From contig CBDBGH010000003.1 in NCBI GenBank assembly GCA_965205265.1, positions 320,001 to 384,000 on the forward strand: a stretch of DNA of 64,000 nt. The letters are read 5' to 3'. Below the pieces are notes generated by a model. It saw only the letters and a list, made by a program, of their open reading frames with translations. It ran no database searches and had not been told where the DNA came from. The stretch's first letter is position 1; the number at the start of each line of letters is the position of its first letter. Made by a program: the position numbers and the translations under genes. Below, in pieces: positions 1-10,040 of this stretch. Source of the DNA: Alphaproteobacteria bacterium. Its GTDB lineage: Bacteria; Pseudomonadota; Alphaproteobacteria; Bin95.

Positions 1-36
1 TGGATTGGTTCCTTCTTCGCGTGGGCGGAAAGCCGG

Positions 37-771
37 TTAGTGGAGGTGAAGCGCGTCGTTGATGTAGAGGCAGGTGAGGATCGCGAACACATAGGCCTGG
101 AGGAACGCGATGACGATCTCAAGCCCCGTCAGCGCCGAAACGAAGGCGAGCGGCAGGATGCCCGCGACGCCCAGCGCCGGCACGAAACCGGCGAAGACCT
201 TGAGCAGGGTGTGACCGGCCAGCATGTTGGCGAAGAGGCGCACGGAGAGGCTGATCGGCCGGGAGAGGTAGGAGATGATCTCGATCGGGATCAGCAGCGG
301 CCACATGAGAACCGAGACGCCGGGCGGCACGAAGAAGCTGAAGAAATGCAGCCCGTGCTTGATGAAGCCCAGCACGGTGACGCCGACGAAGACCACGGCC
401 GCCATCGCGAAGGTGACCGCGATGTGGCTGGTGAAGGTGAAGCTGTAAGGGATCATCCCGGCGAGATTGCCGAACAGGATGAACATGAACAGCGTGAAGA
501 TGAGCGGGAAGTATTTCCGGCCTTCGTCGCCCACGGTGTCGCGCACCATGCCGGCTATGAACTCGTAAGAGAGCTCGGCGATCGACTGCAGCCGGCCCGG
601 CACGAGCGCGCGCCTGCGCGTGCCCCCGACCATCACCGCGATCACGCCGGCGGCGGCGACCGCCATCCATACGGTCGAATTGGTGATATCGAGATCGATC
701 CCGGCCACGGGGATATCGACCAGCTCCCTGATCCGGAACTGCTCCAGCGGACCGTGCGCGTCTCCCGCCAC
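37..771 (-). CDS. atpB: F0F1 ATP synthase subunit a
   Basis: Hydrophobic 244 aa ORF with SRPISLSVRLFANMLAGH and LQAYVF motifs. Confidence 0.97.
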   Translation of the reverse strand: MAGDAHGPLEQFRIRELVDIPVAGIDLDITNSTVWMAVAAAGVIAVMVGGTRRRALVPGRLQSIAELSYEFIAGMVRDTVGDEGRKYFPLIFTLFMFILFGNLAGMIPYSFTFTSHIAVTFAMAAVVFVGVTVLGFIKHGLHFFSFFVPPGVSVLMWPLLIPIEIISYLSRPISLSVRLFANMLAGHTLLKVFAGFVPALGVAGILPLAFVSALTGLEIVIAFLQAYVFAILTCLYINDALHLH

Positions 772-849
772 CCGGAGTCCCCCTCTAGCCTTCCTCTTCG
801 TCCCGCGGACGCCCGTTCCGGCGCCAGCCGGGCGCGGCGTCCATGCCGC

Positions 850-1131
850 TCATATACCGGTATACCGGTACACGTTCATCACGCCGGCCGCCGCCCCGAG
901 CACGAAAAAGACCACCATCAACCAGGGCGCCGTATCGAGCCAACGGTCCAGTCCCCAGCCGATGGCCGCGCCGACACCCAGCGCCGCCACCAGTTCGACT
1001 CCGATCCGCATGGCCGCGCCCAGCCCCTCCTTCGGGGCCGCCTTGGGCGCCGCGCTTTCCCTGCGGCGCCGGGCATCGGCGAGTCTGTCGGAGAAATCGT
1101 GAAGGGGGCCGTTCCTGTCGTCTTCGCCCAT
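850..1131 (-). CDS. atpI: AtpZ/AtpI family ATP synthase protein I
   Basis: GVELVAALGVGAAIGWGLDRWLDTAPW motif upstream of atpB; start uncertain. Confidence 0.85.
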   Translation of the reverse strand: MGEDDRNGPLHDFSDRLADARRRRESAAPKAAPKEGLGAAMRIGVELVAALGVGAAIGWGLDRWLDTAPWLMVVFFVLGAAAGVMNVYRYTGI

Positions 1132-1294
1132 TTTCGCCACGAAACGCCGTCCGGCGCGAAGCCCGCGCCGAAAGCGCCCGGACACTAGGAGCGCCCGGCC
1201 CCCGCTGTCAAGGAACCGCAGGGCCGGACAAGCTGTTGATACCGTTCCCGAATTCGCCTCGATTCGGGATATGCGACAGTATGTATCGCGCCCG

Positions 1295-2998
1295 TCAGCC
1301 GTCGGAAAGCACGGTATCGGAGATGCGCTCGGCCATCATGATGGTCGGGATGTTGGTGTTGGCGCAGGGCACGGACGGCATGATCGAGGCGTCCACCACC
1401 CGGAGCCCGGCGAGCCCGCGCACCCGGCCCTGCTCGTCGGTGACCGCCATCGGGTCGTCGTCGCCGCCCATGCGGTTGGTGCAGGAGGCGTGCCAGACGC
1501 CGACGGCCGTGGCGCGCACGAAGCCCTCCAGCGCCCTGTCGTCCTCCAGCAGGTCGCGCAGGCGCAGCCCGCCGGTAATCAGCCGGTCGATCAGCATGCC
1601 GCGCATGCCGCCGGCCATGTCCAGCACGCCGCCCACCGCCCTGGAAATCATCTCGTTGCGCTTGGTCACACGCCCGATGGCGCGCACCTTCTCGCTGTAG
1701 GAGGACGGGAAGGTGTGGCCGGCGACGCGCGCCACGGCCGGGTGCAGGTTGATGGTGGACGCGCGCAGGAAGGCATCCTTGAGCCGGTCGAGGTCCCGCT
1801 CGTCCGAGAGCAGGTTGAACTCGACTTCCGGCTCGTCCCGCCAGTCCTTCGACGCCAGGCGGACTTCGCCCGTCGAATAGGACTTGTTGACGAAGACCAG
1901 CAGCGAGCCGAGCCGCTCGCCGATGGCGTGCCAGCCGGACTTCGACACCTGGACGATGAACATGTCCCCCTGCGGCGCGTCGTGCAGGCCCGAGGAATAG
2001 CGCGCGCCGACATGGATGTGACGGGCGTCCTTGCGCGTCATCCGCGCCTCGTCCGGAAGCCAGGTGGAGCAGGCGACCGAGGGATGGTCCATCAGGTTCT
2101 GCCCGACGCCGGGCAGGTGGTGGCGGACCTCGATGCCCATGTCGGCCAGATGGCCGGCCGGGCCGATGCCGGAGCGGAGCAGGTGCGCGGGCGAATGCAC
2201 CGCGCCGCAGCACAGCACGACCTCGCCGGCCATGAAGGTCTCCGACTTGCCGCGCCGCTCGGCCCTGACGCCAACCGCGCGCAGGCCGTCGAACAGGATC
2301 TCGCTCACCTGGGTCTCGGCGCGGATTTCCAGGTTCTCGCGCAGCCGCGTCGGCGGGTCGAGATAGCCGATGGCCGTCGAGACCCTGCGGTCGTAGAGGT
2401 TCGACACCGTAACCGGGAAATGCCCGTCCTCGAAAACGCCGTTCTGGTCTGTGAGATAGGAGTAGCCGAGCTCGGTCATCGCCTCCGCCACGGCTCTGGC
2501 GTAGGGCGTCCATTCCTGCTGGTAGATGCGCCGGATCGGGATGCGCCCGTCGCTGCCGTGCAGCTCGCCGCCGAAGTCCATGTCGCGTTCGAGCTTGCGG
2601 AAAAAGGGCAGGCAGGCTTCCCAGCTCCAGCCCTTCGCGCCCTGGCGCCCCCAGTCGTCATAGTCGTTCGGCGCGCCCCGGTTGGCCATCTGCCCGTTGA
2701 TCGAGGACCCGCCGCCCATGATCCGCGCCTGCTCGTAATTGCGCAGCTCCGGCTTCTCGCTGTCGGGCAGGTTCTTGTTGACCGGCTGGAGCCGCACCCG
2801 GAGCCGGTTCCAGGTGTAGTCCGGGTTGAAATAGGCCGTGCCGGGATAGCTCGAATGGATGTCGGGCGGAATCGCGCCGTGGGGCGTGTCGATGCCCGCC
2901 TCCAGCAACAGGACCCTGTTGGCGCTCCGGGCCGAAAGCCGGTTCGCCATGACCGAGCCGGCGGACCCGCCGCCGACGATGATGTAGTCGTACTGCAT
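1295..2998 (-). CDS. GMC family oxidoreductase (choline dehydrogenase-like)
   Basis: YDYIIVGGGSAG, GGGSSING, LRVVDASIMP and NTN motifs. Confidence 0.93.
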   Translation of the reverse strand: MQYDYIIVGGGSAGSVMANRLSARSANRVLLLEAGIDTPHGAIPPDIHSSYPGTAYFNPDYTWNRLRVRLQPVNKNLPDSEKPELRNYEQARIMGGGSSINGQMANRGAPNDYDDWGRQGAKGWSWEACLPFFRKLERDMDFGGELHGSDGRIPIRRIYQQEWTPYARAVAEAMTELGYSYLTDQNGVFEDGHFPVTVSNLYDRRVSTAIGYLDPPTRLRENLEIRAETQVSEILFDGLRAVGVRAERRGKSETFMAGEVVLCCGAVHSPAHLLRSGIGPAGHLADMGIEVRHHLPGVGQNLMDHPSVACSTWLPDEARMTRKDARHIHVGARYSSGLHDAPQGDMFIVQVSKSGWHAIGERLGSLLVFVNKSYSTGEVRLASKDWRDEPEVEFNLLSDERDLDRLKDAFLRASTINLHPAVARVAGHTFPSSYSEKVRAIGRVTKRNEMISRAVGGVLDMAGGMRGMLIDRLITGGLRLRDLLEDDRALEGFVRATAVGVWHASCTNRMGGDDDPMAVTDEQGRVRGLAGLRVVDASIMPSVPCANTNIPTIMMAERISDTVLSDG

Positions 2999-3133
2999 CG
3001 CAAGCCTCCCGGGCGCCATTGTTCCAAGCGGATGCGGAAATGGGAAGGCTTCACGATATGGGAAGCCTGTTGACATGCGGGGGCGGAAATACAACACTCA
3101 GGTAAGTAAGAACTTATTGAGCGTGGTGAGCCG

Positions 3134-3703
3134 ATGGCAACGGACCGGGAACGGTTGATGAGGAAAGCGGCGGCGCGCGGCAAATATGCGCCGCTTTACA
3201 GGCATCTGCTGTCGCTCCGGCCGGAAACCGAGTGGCGGGCCGGTTTCGGCGAGGTCGAGCGGATACTGGGCTTCCGCCTGCCCGATTCGGCCCGGCTTCA
3301 CCGGCCGTGGTGGGCGAATTCCCGCAAGGGAAGCGGCCATTCCCATGCGCTTGCATGGCAGGCGGCCGGCTGGCGGACGGCGCGGGTCGATCTGGAGGCC
3401 GAGACGCTGGTGTTCGAGAGAGAGGCGGAAGCGCCGGCGGACACCGGGGCTATCCGCTACGGAGAGGGAGACGACGATATGTCCTGGCTTGGAGAGGGCC
3501 TTCGGGAAGGTCCGGCGACAATGGGGTTGCCGGTGCAGCGGCGCGCGCGGCGCCCCGGGCGGGACTTCAACCTCGACCGCGATTTCCCGCCATGGAACGG
3601 TGGGCCCTGGCCGGAAGGCTTCACGGTGAGCCGTGAGCAGATATACGACGATATGGGCCGGTTGACCGGTGGTCCGGAGGGCGAATCCGGGTCCGACGGC
3701 TGA
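3134..3703 (+). CDS. DUF7662-like domain protein with VapB-like C-terminal tail (putative antitoxin)
   Basis: KYAPL..F.EVERILGF.LP.SA....WWAN...AW..AGW N-domain; C-terminal SREQIYDD; 5 bp upstream of PIN gene. Confidence 0.7.
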   Translation: MATDRERLMRKAAARGKYAPLYRHLLSLRPETEWRAGFGEVERILGFRLPDSARLHRPWWANSRKGSGHSHALAWQAAGWRTARVDLEAETLVFEREAEAPADTGAIRYGEGDDDMSWLGEGLREGPATMGLPVQRRARRPGRDFNLDRDFPPWNGGPWPEGFTVSREQIYDDMGRLTGGPEGESGSDG

Positions 3704-3708
3704 GCCGC

Positions 3709-4143
3709 GTGTTCCTCGACACCAACCTCTTCATCCCCGCCCGGTTCGACGCGGCCCCGGCGCATGCCGTGGCAAGGGCGGCGTTGAACCGGGCCGAGCG
3801 GAGCGGTGAGGTTCTGCGCATCAGTCGTCAGGTCATGCGCGAATATCTGGCGGCTGCGACCAGGCCGCAGGCGTGGTCCGCCCCCTTGCCGATGGCGAGG
3901 GCGCTCTCCGACCTTTCATGGATGGAGGAGACGTATGAGGTGCTGGAGGACGGGCCGCAGGTCATGGACCTGCTGGCAAGGCTCTGCCGCGACATTCCCA
4001 TGGGCGGCAAGCAGGTGCATGACGCCAATATCGTCGCCACCATGCTGGCATATGGCGAACGGCGCCTGCTGACCTTCAATGTCCGGGACTTCCGCCGCTT
4101 CGCCGCCCATATCGAAATCCTGGACCCGGAGGACACGGCATAG
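3709..4143 (+). CDS. vapC: PIN domain VapC-family toxin
   Basis: FLDTN, REY, HDANIVA, TFNVRDF acidic PIN residues. Confidence 0.9.
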   Translation: MFLDTNLFIPARFDAAPAHAVARAALNRAERSGEVLRISRQVMREYLAAATRPQAWSAPLPMARALSDLSWMEETYEVLEDGPQVMDLLARLCRDIPMGGKQVHDANIVATMLAYGERRLLTFNVRDFRRFAAHIEILDPEDTA

Positions 4144-4689
4144 ACCGGCAGATTAACCCCTATTTGTCGCATATAGTTTGAATTAATTCTTGAAAAGGGA
4201 TTTGAATTCGGGTAATCTTTCCCTAAATGAAGGCCGGGGGAAGGAAGCGGCATCCGCGGGGCCGCTTCGTTTCGCCGTTCGCGCCGGCGCGAAAAAAAGC
4301 CCCTGTGAAGCCGACAGGACAAGTGTGCCCTGCGTCCGCCTCGCGCGCGGGGGCGCGCCCGGGCAATCAGGCGCGCGATTCGCGCCGCCGCGAAACGCGC
4401 GCCCACGGGCGCGGGCGCCGGCGCGCACGATACGCGCGAATTAGGGTTCCGCCGCTCGGGGGAGCAGGGCGGCGGGAGGAACGGAACGAAGGCGGATCGG
4501 GAGGAGAGACCCATGCCGAAAACGCGAGGCCGGGCAAACCGGATGGAATGCCGGAAATCCCGCCCGAAACCGCGGCTCCATGCCTGAAAGGGCCACAGGG
4601 TATGCGTCATAGACATGCAAATCATGACATCCCATGACATCTCCGGCGGATTCCTGCGGCCGCGCGGCGCCGTTCCGGTCGAAAGACGG

Positions 4690-5619
4690 TTACGGGCCTG
4701 TCGGCTCCGGGCCGCGAATGTGCTGCGGAAGGCTGGCCATTGCGGTGGCGGCAAGGTCGGGAGACCAGTCTTGCCGGAAGGCCGCGTCGGCGCGAAGGCG
4801 GTTGCGGAACCAGGTCCGCTGGCGCTTGGCGAAACGGCGGGTCGCAAAGACCGCGCGCCGTTCCGCTTCGTCGAGCGCGATCTCCCCGGCGAGATGGGCA
4901 TGAAGTTCGGGCAGCCCCAGCGCCTTCATCGCCGGCAGGTCCGGGTCGAGGCCGCGGAGCCGGTCGGCTTCCTCCAGCGCGCCGGCCGCCAGCATGGAAC
5001 GGAACCGCGCCTCGATGCGCGTCTGCAGCCGCTCGCGCGGCGGGTCGAGGAGGATGGTCCAGGCCTGAAGGGGCGCAGGCCGCGGCCCGGCCTGCCACTC
5101 GGAGAGCGGCGTGCCGGTCGCCTCGAACACGGACCAGGCCCTGAGCAGCCGCTGGCGGTCGCCGGGCGGCACGCGCCGGGCGAGTTCCGGGTCGCGCGCC
5201 GCCACTTCGCGGTGGAAGCCCTCGGCCCCCAGCGCCTCGCGGCGCGCGCGGGCGGCGGCCTCGATGCCGGGCGCCGTATCGGGCATGTCGGAGAGGCCGT
5301 TAAGCAGCGCCTCGATATAGAAGCCGGTGCCGCCGCAGAGGATGGCGGGGCGCCCCCCCTCCCCGGCAAGCGCGTCGAGCGCCATTTCCCGCCAGCGCGC
5401 GGCGGAGCAGCGCTCCCAGGCGGGCAGGACGCCGTAGAGCCGGTGCGGCGCGCGTTCCTCCTCGGCCGGCCCCGGCCGCGCGGTCAGCACCCGGAGCTCG
5501 CGATAGACCTGCATGCTGTCGGCATTCACGACCCTGCCGGCGAGCGCCGCCGCCAGTTCGAGCGCCAGCTTCGATTTGCCGCTCGCCGTCGGGCCCGCAA
5601 TGACGATGATGGGCGGCAT
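4690..5619 (-). CDS. miaA: tRNA dimethylallyltransferase
   Basis: IAGPTASGKS, NADSMQVY, GGTGFY, AKRQRTWFR. Confidence 0.96.
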   Translation of the reverse strand: MPPIIVIAGPTASGKSKLALELAAALAGRVVNADSMQVYRELRVLTARPGPAEEERAPHRLYGVLPAWERCSAARWREMALDALAGEGGRPAILCGGTGFYIEALLNGLSDMPDTAPGIEAAARARREALGAEGFHREVAARDPELARRVPPGDRQRLLRAWSVFEATGTPLSEWQAGPRPAPLQAWTILLDPPRERLQTRIEARFRSMLAAGALEEADRLRGLDPDLPAMKALGLPELHAHLAGEIALDEAERRAVFATRRFAKRQRTWFRNRLRADAAFRQDWSPDLAATAMASLPQHIRGPEPTGP

Positions 5620-5635
5620 GTCGCAGGATACGGGC

Positions 5636-6484
5636 ATGGACTGGGTGGCCGTGGCGATGGCGCCGGAAGGCGAGGCGCTGGACGAGGCGATTGTCGCGCG
5701 CCTTGCCGGGCGGCTCAAGGCGGGCCCGGTGCGCCGGCTCGGCCCCGATGCGGTCGAGATGGCGGTGGCCGTGCCCGATGCGGAGCCCGGCGAGGCGGGG
5801 ATCGACTGGGCCGTGCTGCCGGCGCGCGGACGGCGCAAGCGCCTGCTCATCGCCGACATGGACTCGACCATGGTCGCCGGGGAGACGCTCGACGAGCTGG
5901 CGGTAGAGGCCGGGATCGGCGGGCGGGTGGCCGCGATCACGGCGCGCGCCATGAACGGCGATCTGGATTTCGAGGCGGCGGTCCGGGAGCGGGTCGGCCT
6001 GCTGGCCGGGCTGCCGCTGGCGGCGGCGGAGCGGGTGCTGGCGCGCCTGCGGCCCATGCCGGGCGCGTGCGCGGCCGTCGCGACGATGCGCGCTTCGGGG
6101 GCCCATTGCATGCTGGTGTCGGGCGGCTTCACCCTGTTCGCGGAGCCGGTAGGGGCCCGGCTCGGCTTCCATGAGGTGCGGGCCAACCGGCTGGAGGTGC
6201 GCGACGGGCGGCTGACCGGCCGCGTGCTCGAACCCGTTCTCGGCCGGGACGCGAAGCGGCGGGTGCTGGAAGAACGCCGCAACGCGCTCGGCCTCGCGCC
6301 CGGGGAGACGCTGGCGGTCGGCGACGGGGCCAACGACCTCGCTATGCTGGCCGCCGCCGGGCTCGGCGTCGCCTTTCGCGCGAAGCCCGCGGTGGCCGCC
6401 GAGGCCCGCATCCGGGTGGACCGCGCCGGGCTCGCGGCCCTGCTCTATCTGCAGGGCTATATGCGAGCCGAATTCGCGCCCTGA
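5636..6484 (+). CDS. serB: Phosphoserine phosphatase
   Basis: DMDST, VSGGF, GDGANDL HAD motifs; divergent from miaA. Confidence 0.95.
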   Translation: MDWVAVAMAPEGEALDEAIVARLAGRLKAGPVRRLGPDAVEMAVAVPDAEPGEAGIDWAVLPARGRRKRLLIADMDSTMVAGETLDELAVEAGIGGRVAAITARAMNGDLDFEAAVRERVGLLAGLPLAAAERVLARLRPMPGACAAVATMRASGAHCMLVSGGFTLFAEPVGARLGFHEVRANRLEVRDGRLTGRVLEPVLGRDAKRRVLEERRNALGLAPGETLAVGDGANDLAMLAAAGLGVAFRAKPAVAAEARIRVDRAGLAALLYLQGYMRAEFAP

Positions 6485-6490
6485 ACGCCC

Positions 6491-7969
6491 TCAGTTGGCC
6501 TGGCGCTTCAGGAAAGCCGGGATGTTGAGCTGCTCGTCGTCCTCGGCCGGGGCCGGCACCGCGTTGCCGCTGCCGATGGTCGTTGCGAGAACCGAGGGCT
6601 CCTTGGCGGTTTCTTCCGTTTCCCGTCCCAGAAGGCCCGGCAGGCCGAACCATGTGCGGCGCGGCGGCGCCGGCGGCGGGGTTTCGGGCCCGGCGGCGGC
6701 CGGAGGCGTGTGGAACAGCCGCGTTTTGCGCGGCGCGGCCTCGGCATCGTCGGTCTCGGCCGCTGCGGGCTCTGCCGCCGGCGCTTCCTCTTCCGCCGCT
6801 TCGGCTTCCCCGGATTGTTCCGCGGTCCCGGCGGCAGCCTCCATCGGGGCCTCTTTCCCGGTGGCCTCGGCCACTGCGACTTCGCGGGCCGGCTCTTCGG
6901 CGGCTTCCTCCGGCATGGCCGCTTCCGTCGCCCCGTCTTCCACCGGCGGATCGACGGCGACGATGCCTGGCAGGACGGGATCGGTCTCGCGCTTGAAATC
7001 CGACTCGATGCCGGTCGCGACCACGGACACGCGCATCTTGTTGTTCATGCTCTCGTCGAGCGTGGAGCCGAACACGATATTGGCGTTGTCGTCCACTTCC
7101 CGGCGGATGCGGTTGGCGGCCTCGTCCACCTCCAGCAGGCCCATATCGAACCCGCCGGTTATGTTGATGAGCACCGCCTGCGCGCCCCGCATGGACGTGT
7201 CGTCCAGCAGCGGATTGTCGATGGCGGCTTCCGCAGCGTCCATGGCGCGGGTCTCCCCCTCGGCCTCGCCCGTGCCCATCATCGCCTTGCCCATTTCACG
7301 CATGACGGAGCGGATGTCGGCAAAGTCGAGGTTCACGAGGCCCGGCTTGATCATCAGGTCGGTCACGCCGCGCACGCCCGACTGCAGCACCTCGTCCGCC
7401 ATCTGGAAGGCTTCGGCGAGCGTGGTCCGCGGGTCGGCCACCTGGAACAGGTTCTGGTTCGGGATGACGATCAGCGTATCGACGAACTTGGCAAGCTCCT
7501 CGATGCCGTTCTCGGCAGCGCGCATGCGGCGCGTGCCCTCGAAATTGAACGGCTTGGTGACGACGCCCACCGTCAGCACGCCGCGCTCCCGCGCCGCCCG
7601 GGCGATCACGGGAGCGGCGCCGGTGCCGGTGCCGCCGCCCATGCCGGCGGTGATGAAGAGCATGTGGCAGCCTTCGATCTCCGCCATGACTTCGTCGAGA
7701 GCTTCCTCCGCGGCCGCCCGTCCGATGTCGGGTTCGGCGCCGGCGCCGAGGCCGTTGGTGAGGTTGGCGCCGAGCCGGATGCGGTTGGGCGCGTCCGAGA
7801 GGCCCAACGCCTGTGCGTCGGTGTTGGCCACCAGGAATTCGACGCCCTGGAGATCGGAGCGGATCATGTTGTTGACCGCATTGCCTCCCGCGCCGCCGAC
7901 TCCGATGACCGTGATTCGCGGCCTCATCTCGACATAGTCGGGCGGAGAGTGAAAGTTGATTGTGCTCAT
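6491..7969 (-). CDS. ftsZ: Cell division protein FtsZ
   Basis: [19 protein letters not shown]-terminal [10 protein letters not shown]. Confidence 0.99.
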   Translation of the reverse strand: MSTINFHSPPDYVEMRPRITVIGVGGAGGNAVNNMIRSDLQGVEFLVANTDAQALGLSDAPNRIRLGANLTNGLGAGAEPDIGRAAAEEALDEVMAEIEGCHMLFITAGMGGGTGTGAAPVIARAARERGVLTVGVVTKPFNFEGTRRMRAAENGIEELAKFVDTLIVIPNQNLFQVADPRTTLAEAFQMADEVLQSGVRGVTDLMIKPGLVNLDFADIRSVMREMGKAMMGTGEAEGETRAMDAAEAAIDNPLLDDTSMRGAQAVLINITGGFDMGLLEVDEAANRIRREVDDNANIVFGSTLDESMNNKMRVSVVATGIESDFKRETDPVLPGIVAVDPPVEDGATEAAMPEEAAEEPAREVAVAEATGKEAPMEAAAGTAEQSGEAEAAEEEAPAAEPAAAETDDAEAAPRKTRLFHTPPAAAGPETPPPAPPRRTWFGLPGLLGRETEETAKEPSVLATTIGSGNAVPAPAEDDEQLNIPAFLKRQAN

Positions 7970-8011
7970 CGGGTTCTCCTGTCTGGGCAACCTGTGGCTT
8001 GGGGTTCGTCG

Positions 8012-9250
8012 TCAGATGTGCTGGCGCATCCACGCGCCGAAGCGGGCGAAGAGATGTGTAGGGGCGGACGCCAGGGCCGGCATGGAGAGCGCGGCGGGCG
8101 CATCTCCGCCGTGGGCATGCACGAGCAGGCCGGCGCAGGCGGCGTAGGCGGGGCCGGTCCGGGACTCGGCGATCCGGAAGGCGGGTCCGATGCTTCCCGT
8201 GCGGACCTGGCGTTCCAGGATCAGTTCCCCCAGTCGGGCGGCGCCGACAAGCTGGCTGGCGCCGCCGGCAAGGACGACCCGGCGTCCCGCTTCCATCTGG
8301 GCATAGGTCTCGTCCAGGCGGGCGCGAACGCGCTCGAAGGTCTGTTCCGTTCGCGGTGTAACGATCTGCCTCAGATAGGGCGGAACCGCGTGGCGGCCGT
8401 TCTTCCGGTAACTCTCTTCCGCATTTGCGTCCGGCAGCGTGTTCGTCTCGAAGGGCGAGCCGCTGAGGCAGCTCGCCTCCTTGACCTTGATCTCCTCGGC
8501 CTCGCGGAAGCTCATGGAGAAGGCGTATGCGACATCCTCGGTCAGCCGCGCGCCGCCCTTTTTCAATACGTCCACGAAGGTCACGCCGCGGTTGTTGAAG
8601 ACGGCGATTCCCGTGGTCCCGCCGCCCATGTCGGCCACCGCGATGCCGAGCTCGCGGTCCTCTTCGCTGAGCACGGCCAGTCCGGCGGCATAGGGTGCGG
8701 GGAGAATGCCGGCTACCTCGACATGCGCCGCCCTGACGCACGCTTCCAGATTGGCGATCGGCCCGGCTTCCGCGGTGACCGCATGGAGGTCGATACCGAT
8801 GCGGCTGCCATACATGCCGAGCGGGTTTTCGACGCCGTCCACGCCGTCCACCGCGTAGCCCAGCGACCGGACCAGAAGCAGGCGGCGGTCCTTGGTATCG
8901 ATGCGCGCATAGGCGGTGTTCTGGACCCCGCGAATATCGGCGGGGACGATCCTCGGGCCCGCGACCGGAAGCTCGACGCGGATGCGCTGGCTTGCCGGCC
9001 GCCCGCCGCTGGTCGCCACGTAAATCTGCTGAACCTCGATGCCGGCCATGCGTTCGGCATGGGAAATCGCTGTGGCGATGGCATGGCCGGCGGCATGGAT
9101 ATCGACGACGGCGCCCTCGAGGATGCCGCGCGAGGCGCGGTCGCCGATGCCGATGACATCGAAGCGTCCTTCTTCGAGGACCCTCGCGATGAAGCAGCAG
9201 ACCTTGGTGCTGCCGACGTCCAGCGCTGCGACGATGTTTTCCCGCGCCAT
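8012..9250 (-). CDS. ftsA: Cell division protein FtsA
   Basis: ALDVGSTKV, DMGGGTT, LAGGASQL; dcw position. Confidence 0.96.
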   Translation of the reverse strand: MARENIVAALDVGSTKVCCFIARVLEEGRFDVIGIGDRASRGILEGAVVDIHAAGHAIATAISHAERMAGIEVQQIYVATSGGRPASQRIRVELPVAGPRIVPADIRGVQNTAYARIDTKDRRLLLVRSLGYAVDGVDGVENPLGMYGSRIGIDLHAVTAEAGPIANLEACVRAAHVEVAGILPAPYAAGLAVLSEEDRELGIAVADMGGGTTGIAVFNNRGVTFVDVLKKGGARLTEDVAYAFSMSFREAEEIKVKEASCLSGSPFETNTLPDANAEESYRKNGRHAVPPYLRQIVTPRTEQTFERVRARLDETYAQMEAGRRVVLAGGASQLVGAARLGELILERQVRTGSIGPAFRIAESRTGPAYAACAGLLVHAHGGDAPAALSMPALASAPTHLFARFGAWMRQHI

Positions 9251-9254
9251 GGTT

Positions 9255-10040
9255 TCAGCTCCGTTCCGCGGTCTTGTTTCCGGCCATGCGCAGAACCATC
9301 CGGCCGTCGAAACGCATGTCGATATGGGCGATGTCTCCGTCGAGAAGACGGCGTTCGCGGTCGATCTGGGCAAGGCGGGCCCAGGCGGCCTCGGCGCCTT
9401 CTTCGGGCAGCTTTATCTCGATTCGCCAGTCGAGGTGGACGTTCCAGCGCCTGCCCGACACGAAGGTAAGCCCGGTGACGCGGCGGGCGACGTCCGGTTC
9501 CTGTCCCAGCGTGGCGAAAATGGCGGGAGCGGCGGCGGCGGCGCCCTCGCCGCGGACCACGGGCAGTTTGGCGAAGTCGCGCGGATCGAGATTCGGGATT
9601 GTGAGGCCTGCCCTGTCGATGACTGCGAAGTCCCGCCCGCTATCCCAGACCGCGAGCGTTTCGCGCTCGACGAGCCGGACGACCAGCAGGTCGGGAAGCG
9701 CCCGTTCCACTTCCGCCTGCTGCACCCAGGGCAAGGCCTCGACGCGCGTTCGCGCGGCACGGATGTCCACCCCGAGGATGGGCGAGCCGGCAACGGCCCC
9801 GAGAGCGCTCCGGACCTCCTCTCGCGTCGTCCGTTTGCGGCCGATGACCATCACTTCGCGGACCTCGAAACCGGCGCGAACGGACACGGCGTAGGCCCGC
9901 TCCATGGCGGCGCGGAAATGGCGGGCTGCCCATTCGGTTTCGGCCGTGCGGATGGCGGCGGCCGTTCCCGCCGCCAGCAGCAGGACCGCTCCCAGGCGCA
10001 GAAGCCATCGCCGGCCCGGCCGGAGCTTCAGAAATCGCAT
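9255..10040 (-). CDS. ftsQ: Cell division protein FtsQ
   Basis: TM plus POTRA (LPWV..A.VER.LPD), IDMR. Confidence 0.92.
   Translation of the reverse strand: MRFLKLRPGRRWLLRLGAVLLLAAGTAAAIRTAETEWAARHFRAAMERAYAVSVRAGFEVREVMVIGRKRTTREEVRSALGAVAGSPILGVDIRAARTRVEALPWVQQAEVERALPDLLVVRLVERETLAVWDSGRDFAVIDRAGLTIPNLDPRDFAKLPVVRGEGAAAAAPAIFATLGQEPDVARRVTGLTFVSGRRWNVHLDWRIEIKLPEEGAEAAWARLAQIDRERRLLDGDIAHIDMRFDGRMVLRMAGNKTAERS

Noticed and set aside
5619-5636. miaA and serB start codons only 16 bp apart, divergent
   Set aside because: miaA-serB adjacency is common in Alphaproteobacteria and the starts are uncertain
6710-9469. Long antisense ORFs (also 16613-19141, 24461-27382, 33694-36339, 47942-50557)
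   Set aside because: Shadow frames of real genes in high-GC DNA; no motifs
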